A stretch of DNA of 64,000 nt. Origin: the human T2T-CHM13v2.0 reference genome, Homo sapiens. A program made the position numbers and the translations under genes. The DNA is taken from the NCBI RefSeq assembly GCF_009914755.1, contig NC_060931.1; one strand, 5' to 3'. The stretch's first letter is position 1, and every line of letters begins with the position of its first letter. The notes under the pieces are model-generated. The model was not told where the DNA came from and did not search any database. It saw only the letters and a program-made list of their open reading frames with translations. Positions 51,760-64,000 of this stretch are shown piece by piece.

Positions 51760-52990
51760 CGGCTGGCGGGCGGCTAATCCGCGAGCCCTCAACTTGGTGT
51801 TAGGCCCCAGCGGCGGCTAACGGGTCACCAACAGAACCAAAAAAAAGGTCCTCCGTACGAGGCTGGGCCGGCTCGGGATTTGGGAGTGTCTGGCACCACT
51901 GTCCCGGACGCCCGGACGCCCGGGCGCGCGCGCCGCGGCCCCGCCGCGCAGTCGGAGCACCCGGGGCTGCAGGGACGCCTGGGCGCCCACCCTCCCAGGC
52001 GGCGGCCCCCAGGAGCGCGGCCTTGACCGCAGCCCCCGCCACAGCCCGCGAGCCGCCGGCGTCTGACAAGATGGTTCAAGAATGCACCGCTTGGACTCCA
52101 CACCTCCCCCCAGGGGTCGGGAACGCAGCGCGGAGAGCCCCGCGGGGCGCCCGGCTGCCTCCGCCTCCGCCGCGCGCCCGCAGCCCCAGTCCCGCCTCCG
52201 AGCACCGCCCGCTGCGGGCCCGGGGCGCCGGAGCCCCCGGCCCGGAGGCGACGCCCTTCCGCCCGCCGCGCCTCCGCGGGGCCCGGCGTCCCCGGCCGCG
52301 GCCGCCCAGCGCTCAGACAATGACGGCGCGGGGACCCGCCTGGCCGTCCCGGGCCCCGCGGGGACGCCAACCACAAAGTAACTTGCCGCCGCGCTCCCCG
52401 CCCAACTCCGTACCTGCCGCGCGCGGCTCCCCGCCGCCTCCGCGTGGCTGCGGGCGACACTCGGCGTGGCCGGCGGCGGGCGCGGGTCCCCGCGGGGCGA
52501 GGCCGGCGCTCAAGACTGTCCCGGGCGCCCCGCGCCGCCGGCGCTGCCGCCACCCAGGGGCTGCGCGGAAACTTTGGGCTCCACCGGGTCTCCGAGCGCC
52601 GAGCCCGCCCGGCCGCAGCTCGCTTCCCTCTCTGCCTCCTCCCGACCTCCCCACCCCCTCGATGGGCTTTAAACTCGCCCGGCCCCGCCCGCCCTCCCCG
52701 CCTCTGCCGCCGCCGCCGCCTCCGCCTCCGCCTCCTCCCCCGGCTACTTTTCCTGCTCCTCCTCCCGCCGCCGCCGCCGCCCGGACCGCTCGGCGGCCGC
52801 CAGCGCGGGAGGAGCCGGGGCCTGGGCGCAGGGCGTGGCGCGGGGGCGCGGGCCGCGGGCCGGACGGCCGGGGGGCCAGAAGCTCCCGGAGGTTCCTGCC
52901 CCGGGCTGCTGAGCGGGTTCCCCCCTCCTGCTGTCCTCGGGACTCGGGCGCGGGACCACGACCGCCGCGGCTCAGGAGGCTTCGCCAGTG
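51760..52990. promoter_or_regulatory. GRB10: CpG island 1 (major upstream GRB10 promoter)
   Basis: ~1.2 kb of very high GC and CpG density with many GC boxes and GCC runs; contains the minus-strand donor CAG|GTACGG at 52414/52413. Confidence 0.9.
52414..52850 (-). other. GRB10: Non-coding first exon from CGI1 (5' boundary approximate)
   Basis: Donor GCGGCAG|GTACGG at 52414/52413 inside the CpG island; no ATG on the minus strand in this interval. Confidence 0.65.
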
Positions 52991-53199
52991 AAAGGACAAA
53001 TTGGACCTGTCCCGAAAGACAATTTATAAGCGAACTGTTTGAAACGCACAAAGTATTAACTGCGCAGTCCAGATCCTTTATCCTGGGCGCAGCAGGACGG
53101 GACGGAAGAGCTGGGGCTGCCCCGTACTCTGTCGTGGGCTGAAGGCACCCGGCCTGGGAAAAGGAAACCTGGGTTTGCTCACAGCCAGCCAGGTCTGGG

Positions 53200-53740
53200 G
53201 CCTCACCTCTTTGAGCCTCAGTTTGCCCCATCTGCGTATGAGTATCGAAGTGCGGGTGGAGTGAGAGGCCCTTCATTTTTTCTTAATGCTGCCAAGCCTG
53301 GTGTCCTTATCTTTACAATGGGCTAATAACGCCCGCCTGAGGGTTGGTGTCCTGGGGATTAAATGAGGTCATACTGGGAACATAAAGTGACTGCGAAAAA
53401 GACTCCCCTACCCCCCAATTGACGGAAGCCATTGTCGTTAGTGTGATTCTTAATATCTCTACCGAGTCAAAACTCTAATACACATAGCATAACGATAAGT
53501 ATGTCTTTTCCTGGGTCTTGGCGTTCTAAACGCAGCTGCGACAATATCTTGCCTTCATAGAGCGTGCACTTTGTGCAAAACCTTCATGAATCCTTGCATG
53601 TAACCCCCACTGTGGCCCTCTAGGTGTTACTGTTAGAGTCCCACTGTGTACGGACTGGGAAACTGAATCTTGGAGAGGTTAAGTGACTTGCTGAAAGTCA
53701 AGTAGCTGGTAAGTGCAGAGCAAGGATTGGAAGCCATGTA
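53200..53740. mobile_element. MIR fragments (plus-strand ~53200-53370; minus-strand ~53570-53740)
   Basis: gagcctcagtttgccccatctg; gggaaactgaatcttggagaggttaagtgacttgc. Confidence 0.65.
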
Positions 53741-54149
53741 CGGTATTGTACCAAAGCCCCTCGTAGGCACCTGCTTCTAGCAGGAGTTATTCCACCTTAG
53801 ACAGATGTTACTCATGGAAAGGTCATCCTTCCCTGTAACTGAAACAGACCTCCCTAAATTTTTGCCTATTGGTCCAAGCTCAGAAACACGTAAGATGAAA
53901 ATCAAGAGAGGATGATATCAAAGGATTTTAGATTCCTAGAAGAAAGGAACACAGAGGACTCCTGTTGCAGACAAAGGACTCAAAAGAAAATTAAAGAACA
54001 GAAAACTCAGTTTGAGCCAACTTCTCACAAATGCATCAGCTTTGAACCTTCTAGCTTCTGCTGAAGGTCCAAACAGCAATCCATGCCTACACCAGTCAGA
54101 TAGCCTGATAGGCAAGGAGGCTTTGATAGAGGTTTCAAAAGTTCCTTGA

Positions 54150-54440
54150 TACATAGACATATGTTCTTTTGGAATCACTTGTGGGTAAATTCCATACACT
54201 ATGGCCCCTTTACCCCTAAATACATTGATGTGTCTTTCCTAAGAGTAGAGATATTATGTGCATAACCACAATAGTCACCAAATTCGTAAATTTATATTGA
54301 TAAAATACTTGTATCCAATCTAGGTCCATATTCCGGTATAGTCAGTTGATCTGACTATGTCTTCCATAGTATTTCTTTCCCTCTGTTACAAGATCCACTA
54401 TTGAGGTCTAGAGTCAGGTATTGCATTTAGTTGTCTCAAA
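54150..54440 (-). mobile_element. L1MC-like 3' fragment
   Basis: ggcccctttacccctaaatac...ttcctaagagtagagatatt..cataaccacaata..., a typical antisense L1MC4/5 end. Confidence 0.6.
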
Positions 54441-55439
54441 ATGTATGGGTTTTCAGACATTACTATTCACAGAGAAGTGATCAAGATAAATGTCCTTAAG
54501 TGTTTTCCTGCTAGCATAGGTCTCTAGAATTCCTAGGACAGGCCCTCATTCCCTACATTTCCTGGCTCTCTGTAGACATCAGTGGGCAGAACCCATTCAG
54601 AGACACTTTCTGATGCAAGTTCATGAACTTGTCACTCTTGTGGCTGCAGAAGCTGCAGCTGTCCTCTGTGCAGTGATCCTGGATGAGCCAATCCTATATA
54701 CAGATTGTATCTTATAGCCTTCCCTTCCCCCAAACTCCAGATGCCCCTGCCCACGCACAATGCTCCCTCTCAACAGGGTGGCAGCCACAGTGGAATCTAG
54801 CCATGCAGCCTATACGTTATCCTGGAGAGCTCAGCATACTGGGCAAGACAGGGAGGCTTGTAGTTCAAGCACTTCCCCAAGGGGAAACATATAAGCTGGA
54901 ATTAGGTGTCAGGACACAGGATTCCGTGATAGTGAGAAATTCAATTATCTAAACATGAGCTAGAAGCCTCCTTCAGCTGAAAGTAGAGAATCTGATAGAC
55001 TCTAATTTTTAATTAGTAATGAATTGATTAACATCTGTCTTCCCCTGTTGACTGTAAGCATGGTGACTGTGGCAACTCTGTGCCCCTTCACTAGTGTCCT
55101 TCCAGCAGGTGGAGTGCCTGGGACAGAGAGGGCACTAAGTGAATAGTCATTACTGGGGAATACTGTCCAGTGAATTAATTTCTCAGGAGCCTCTGAGACC
55201 TGGGCACTGTCTCAAACATTGCCAGTAACCTTGACAAAGGGAAAGTAGTCAGGGTGAATGGCACCCTGACAGCTAACTGCTTTGAGCAGCAGTGGCCCTC
55301 GCCTCTGCTCTCATGAGCCACTGCTAGTCACACGGCCCAGCCACCATCCCATGCGGCCCATGTGGACATGCGAGCACATGTCTGGAAAGCAGCCGCCTGC
55401 CCACCCCTGCAAGGGGAAGGGGGTAGTCTATAGTCATAA

Positions 55440-55840
<401 letters not shown>

Positions 55841-56679
55841 CATTTTTAATAGACTCCTGCATGATGCACGATCTACATCCACACCAGTATTCCAAACACT
55901 CCAAAACGAGATGGACAGGCCACCCTGGAGTCTAGAGGTGGGGAGCCTGGCAGCATTCAAGGAAGGCTTCCCAGTGGTTGCCATGCCCCCATGGCACCCT
56001 AGAACATCAAAGATGGTAAGTTAGGCAAAGAGAACTGAAGAAAAGGCCTTTGGGGTTGAGGGACAGGCGTGTCTCTCAGACCAAACCCATGAAAGACCTT
56101 GGCTCCCTCAGGGCGCAGTACCAAGTAGTTGCATTTAGTCACAGAATGTTGCTGCTGGGTCTGGGGTTAGAGTTTTGATAACACACCAAGCTGGAGGGGT
56201 AAGAAGGGACTTATTTGTCAGATTTATATTTAACTATTTATACTTATTTGTCAAGTATAGGCTTATATGGCGATGAGAGCACCGGATATGTCTGTTATGG
56301 GGCCTACCAGCACAGTGCCCCCCAGCTAGCCCTGCTCTGTCTAGAGTTTCCCCACAACCCTGGTTTTCCTTGATTCCTAAGTACCAATTAAATTGGTCAG
56401 GGATGACGCTTGGCCCAGAGATTCCCATTCTGTAGGTAGGTGGGCCAGTGGGCGGAAGGGTGACCCAACCAGTCAGAAGCCTGCACCTGGGATTCTGAAC
56501 TTGAAGTACTGGTGGGATCTGCACAATGGAGACCAGGTGAGGAACGGCGAGTTGGGCTCAGCATAAGGATGGTGTAAAGTACAAAGACCCAAACAGATGC
56601 CGTCGTGCCTCCCGTCTCTCTGGGCCCAGGCTGGTACAGCTATTGTTTTGAACTTCCATAGAATTCCATTTTCCGTCAT

Positions 56680-57012
<333 letters not shown>

Positions 57013-57119
57013 CCATTTTCCTTATATTGTCTTAATATCAACTCTCCTTTTCTGAAGTTGCTTGGATCAAAATGTCTTTACAACCAGAACAGAGGCTCAC
57101 AGAAAGATGTTTATTCAGG

Positions 57120-58800
<1,681 letters not shown>

Positions 58801-59144
58801 TTTTAGAATGCTCGATCCAGCTACAGTGGAGCCAACAGACCAGTTGGGAGACTGGTAGGTGAGGATGATGTTGAGCTGTGACAGAGGGGAGGGACAATAA
58901 TGAACAGATTGGGGTGAGTATAGGACGTATGTATCACAGCAAGTCTCTGCCCTTCTGGTGGCCCTGGGCTTAGATGAGACTGTGGCAGTGAGCACAGTGC
59001 CTGGCACAGAGGGAGGGAGGCACAGAGCAGGGAGAGCGCATGGCCATGTTGCTGCAGGAAGATTCCATCATGGAGCAAGCTCAGCACCCTCCCCCGGGCA
59101 CTCTGGCTGAGACGTCTCCCTCTTAGTTGAAACAACACTGCACC

Positions 59145-59530
59145 CATTAGGATGCTTTGGGCTGCAGGGAACAGAGCAGAGCTTACCAGCCTTGTCCAGG
59201 ATTTCTGTCCACGTCATTCTCAGGGCCATGGCTTTGCCTAATGCTTGCCCCGGTAGTGTCAAGATCACAATGCAGATGCAGTTCCAGGCGTCAGTTCCCC
59301 TGATAACTGTGCCCAAGGGCACAAAGGGGACATTCTCCTCCCTTGCCTCATGCCAGAATCCACTAGGAGATTTCTTCTCACATTTCAGGATCTAGAACAT
59401 GGTCTCAGGCCCGTGCCCTAGCGGGAAGGAAGGTGAGAATGTAAGCATCACGCATCTTTAACTTCTGTATTGTGGGGGCAGCTTCTACCAGCAAGAAAGA
59501 AGGATCAGGGATGGGGGTGGCTGGTAAATG
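59145..59530 (-). mobile_element. Old MLT1 (J/K/L-like) LTR fragment
   Basis: ttaggatgctttgggctgcagggaacaga...; ccgtgccctagcgggaaggaagg..; degenerate. Confidence 0.45.
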
Positions 59531-60519
59531 GACCACCAAAAGGACGTGGCCAATAGCAGATGGCCTTTTTGGCAATGAAGAGCTGAGAACCCCTCTAGTT
59601 TAGAAGGAGCTTCCTAAATAAATGCAGCCTGGGAATTAGGATCCTAGGGATGGCATGCAATTCTAAATCCCTAGGCATCCAAACCTAGTTATATCTCTAA
59701 AACACGAGCTCCTTTCCAGCCACTTAAAAAAAAAAATCATTTCAGCACCTTAACCCCATTAGAAGTTAATTAACCATGAATGTAGCACAAACTTTACTTA
59801 ATAAAATATATCTCCATCCCAGTACACTTCATGATTTTAATAACCAAAGTTCCAGAGCTAGTAGGAGAATCCAAAATAAGAACAAAAACTTTTAATTGGT
59901 AAAAATTATTTAGAGCTACTGGGGATTTAGTATTAGCATAACCTGCACGGTGTGTGAGGGGAAGTGAATGTATGTTTTTGAGACAGCACCTTAAAGTTAA
60001 TGTTTAAGATGTTAAAGCCAGAAGCTGCTTCAGTTAGTCAGCATACATTCTTTAAGAGGATTAATCTGCCTGCATGAGGTACGAGACTACACAGAAAATA
60101 GAACAGCTAATCCTGGAGATGAACCTGTTAGATATCCCACAATTCGTACTTACAGCAGTGAGGAACCCTGTCCAGGTGGAGGGCGATCACGTGAGTGTTT
60201 GCATTCACTTTGGGCTCGCACTTCTGTTAGCCAAGTCTGGATGTTCAGTTGCACAGGAGAGAATTATATTTTACAATAATTTGCAGAGAGTCCTTCTCAT
60301 TCATTTATATGTAAGTGTAGCCCAGGGTCATTATTTTTTAGGACTCATCAGATTTAAAGATCGAGTGACTGTATGTGACAGATTTTTCTAGGAGAAACAG
60401 TATTTTTTCTTCTTCTTCCCTTAGCTATTATCTTCTCCTCTTTCTTCTCCTCCCTCTTCATTCTCAAAACAAGCACCATCCCTAAGTGCCTGCTTCAGCA
60501 TAAACAGGTGATATATGTT

Positions 60520-60740
60520 TAATGTGTACCTTACATTAGACACTGTACCAGGCACTTTATATATGTATTTCAGTTAATCCTCATAATAAATTTGAGGCAA
60601 ATATTGTTTTCTTAGTTTTATAGTCAAGGAAGCAGACTCAGGGAAGCTACATGGCTTCTCAAGGTCACTTAACAAATCAGTGGCAGGGCTGGCATTTGAA
60701 GCCCCCTTTGTCTGACTCTCAGTCCCTTCTACCTTCTTCC
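60520..60740 (-). mobile_element. MIR SINE
   Basis: ccaggcactttatatatgtatttc..ttaatcctcataa...aaggaagcagactcagg...aaggtcac. Confidence 0.7.
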
Positions 60741-61627
60741 CACTATTCCTGGCTGTCTCTACTGTCATTTCTTGTCATTTGATTATTTTCCATGTAACCA
60801 GTTATTTAAGTGTATGACCTAATGGGATGTCTTTTGTGCAAAAGTCTGCAATTAGATTTCAGTATAATAAAGTTCTCCCTCTTTAGGAAAGGTGTTCTCG
60901 TTTATTTTTGGATCCTAAAATGTGATCTCATTTCTATTTAAGCATGTGTCCCTGAATCCAAGGTGGAGGAAGGGGAGGGTCATGGGAGGAAGATATTAAA
61001 GTCTTTTATTTATTCAAGTTAGGGATTTTAATCTCACACTTAACCACCCTCCTTGCCCTCCTACTGTTAGGGAGTTTGACTTACTTGGCTCTGATGCTAC
61101 CTTGGGAATTCTGACCTCCTGGAGACCAGAGACACCCACAGGATGGGGATGGCACCATGACAGGCAGCTCCAGAAATGGGCGGTGGGAAGAGCCAACCCT
61201 AGAGTGGGTGGAGCTGGGTCAGTGATGATGCAGCCAGACAATATATCCAAAAAGTGCAAAAGAGGTAGATGTCCTGCAGATGAGTGACCCTCATGGTGAT
61301 GAGACACCTGGTGGACAGAAGGAGCTAGCAAGGTCTGCTCACAGATGGAAGTCCAGTGGCAGATATTCAGTCCCTGGGAAAGAACAAGATAGGGCTTCCA
61401 TCCAGCAGGAAGTGAGTTAGGAGATCAAGACTGTTCACAGTAAAAGTTGGTGCCCCACTGCAAGAACTAGGAAACAAGTCTGTAGAGGACCTGAGTCCCC
61501 GAGCACCCCTGTGACACTCCTTCAGTATTCCCTTAGGAGAGGAATGCCAGTGTCTGCAGGGACTCTTTGAGGGAGGAGAGGAGGAATAAGGGGGAAGGAA
61601 GTAATGCAACTCAGAATGCTTGTACTA

Positions 61628-62107
<480 letters not shown>

Positions 62108-63251
62108 TTAACAGACACTGATTGAATGCTGACTACCTGCAGCATTGCAGGTAGGTGCAAAGCAGTCCAGAGGCAGTCAAGATGTTGGCATTGATGGCCT
62201 TACAAAGGCTCCTGCAACAGGACTCTGAGAGGCTGGGACAGACTCTTTGGGGGCCTGTATGATGACAAGGGCAGATGTATACCAGAAAGACTCTTCCCAG
62301 GGAGGGATGCACAGACTTTCCAAACTGCCCAGGGGCCCTAAGTGTCTCGGTCGTCAAGAGTCCAGGGTTCCAGCTGGGGCTCTGAGAGACCAGTCGGTGA
62401 GGGCAGCAGTTAGCAGCTGCTCTGTCTCTCAGAGCCTCCATGTCTGCATGTCTGAAAAACTCCATGAGGACTTTTTGTATAGAGGCCATCACCTGTGGAG
62501 GAAGTTTGTCACAATGCCCTAGTAAAGCATTCGGTTGGGGGCTCCATATTCATTCAGTTCTAGTTAAGGACATATGTTTTGGAACCAGGAATTTGACCCA
62601 GGTTCAAATTCTAACTTTGCTTCTTGTTAGTTGTGGGACTGTGGATAAATTACACAGACTCCCTAACTCAACTTCCTCAGCTGTAGAGTCAGGATGATAA
62701 TTCTTACCTAATAGTGTTGTTTTAGTGGATTTTTATACCTTACTTTTGTCTGTAATGAGTTAAAATATAATGCAGCATAATAAACCACCCCAAATAGAGT
62801 GGCATAAAACAAACATCATTTTGTTTTGTTTGCACAACTATGAGTCAGTAAGTCATGCATGGCGCAGTGAGGACAGCCAGCTTGCCTCTTCTCTACCATG
62901 CCTGGCAATCAGAGTCATCCATCCCTGTGTCCCAGAGATATAGTGGTTGGCTTAGGAATGGGCCTGGGAATCAACTCAGGCCAAAGAAGAGTGAGGGGGA
63001 GGAAGTTTACTGGGGGTGTCTAGAAAAGGAGTTTCCGTTCCTTTGTTATGTAGGACACGAGCTATGAATGAGAAAGTGTGGAACCTCAGGTGCACTGGCA
63101 GCCTCCCTGGCTCTAAGGATAGTCCACTGAGGAGGAAGCTGACCCTGTGGGCCTCAACGTAAGGGAGCAGAGGAAACATGGGCATCTGAGGTCATCACAG
63201 ACCATCCCACCCTGGACTTCACATTCTGAGAGTCAATAAACATCCTTACTG

Positions 63252-63385
63252 TTTTTTGTTTTTTGTTTTGAGACAGGGTCTTGCTGTGTTGCCCCGGCTG
63301 TTCTTGAACTCCTAGGATCAAGCAATCCTCCCACCTCAGCCCCCTGAGTAACTGAGACTACAGACACATGCCCTGACACCTGGCT
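63252..63385 (-). mobile_element. Alu monomer / internally deleted AluJ fragment
   Basis: ttgagacagggtcttgctgtgttgccc..gctgttcttgaactcctaggatcaagcaatcctcccacctcagcc. Confidence 0.8.
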
Positions 63386-64000
63386 CATGGACTACTGTTT
63401 TTACTTGAGGATTAAAGCATCATGACTAATATGATTGTTCACTATGATAACATGGGGTAACCACTCTATAAAGAGGAGCAGTATCATGGAGTTGCCTTTC
63501 TGCACAGAAGCTGCTGTTCATTTTGCCATCACAGCATCAGGTATACCAATATTCATGAAAAAGGCAGGGCTGCTTGATTATTTAACCTACTCTTTTCTAG
63601 GGAGGAAGTGTCCCCAGCCAGGGAAGGTGCATCAGGAAGCCACAAACTCTGAGTGGGGGCTGGAAAGGGGTGCAAATCCTCCACTGAGACTGTGGACCAT
63701 TCACCCTACCCTATAGTTCCCCCCAGAGACTCTGGCCTGAAACAGCATGGGTGTTTTGGAAGATACACTTACCATTCTGCTCTGCTCTATTTGTGTTGTT
63801 TTGGAAAAAAAAATCTTTACACAGTTAACACTTTGCTTTCCAAAGCATTTTAGGGAACAGGGTCAGCCTCATTCATTCCTAGCATCTTAATCAATTGTCT
63901 AAAGTCTTAAGCAGAACTCTCCAACACTTGATGCCAAAATGCCTTCATAGCCCCCAAAGAGACACTACTCAGGGACCCCCCACTATCCCAGAGTCAGAGC

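Noticed and set aside
50575-51818. Extra minus-strand donor-like sites (CAG|GTATGT at 50581; TGG|GTAATG at ~51545) as additional GRB10 exons
   Set aside because: No convincing paired acceptor or TSS can be shown from sequence alone; RNA-seq junction evidence is needed.
51800-53276. Long ORFs over CGI1 (483, 322, 232, 228, 185 aa)
   Set aside because: They are open in several frames on both strands and are low-complexity Arg/Gly/Pro/Ala-rich. This is the expected stop-codon depletion of a very GC-rich island; no recognisable domain.

Overview
Human (primate) genomic DNA rich in Alu, L1, MaLR-LTR and DNA-transposon remnants. No protein-coding exon can be supported. I recognise the window, from memory and not from a database search, as the 5' end of the imprinted gene GRB10 on the minus strand. 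It holds two CpG-island promoters about 11 kb apart: CGI1 at ~51.8-53.0 kb, and CGI2 at ~41.2-42.4 kb, the known maternally methylated germline DMR / brain paternal promoter. Their alternative first exons splice to two non-coding 5'-UTR exons (39804-39913, 110 nt; 15064-15233, 170 nt), and the coding exons lie to the left of the window. The long ORFs in the track are GC-rich or repeat-derived artefacts. I found no wholly new biological system. The best leads concern regulation of this locus: (i) a predicted spliced 62-aa uORF present only in DMR-promoter transcripts; (ii) a UTR exon whose splice donor comes from a MER5 DNA transposon; (iii) tandem REST half-sites plus an RFX X-box at the DMR promoter, amid 8 ZFP57 hexamers; (iv) an intronic CTCF motif; (v) a 36-bp minisatellite with NF-kB/HSE-like motifs; (vi) a MaLR provirus with discordant LTRs; (vii) a fold-back palindrome in an L1 3' end. 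Repeat boundaries and subfamily names were assigned by eye and are approximate.
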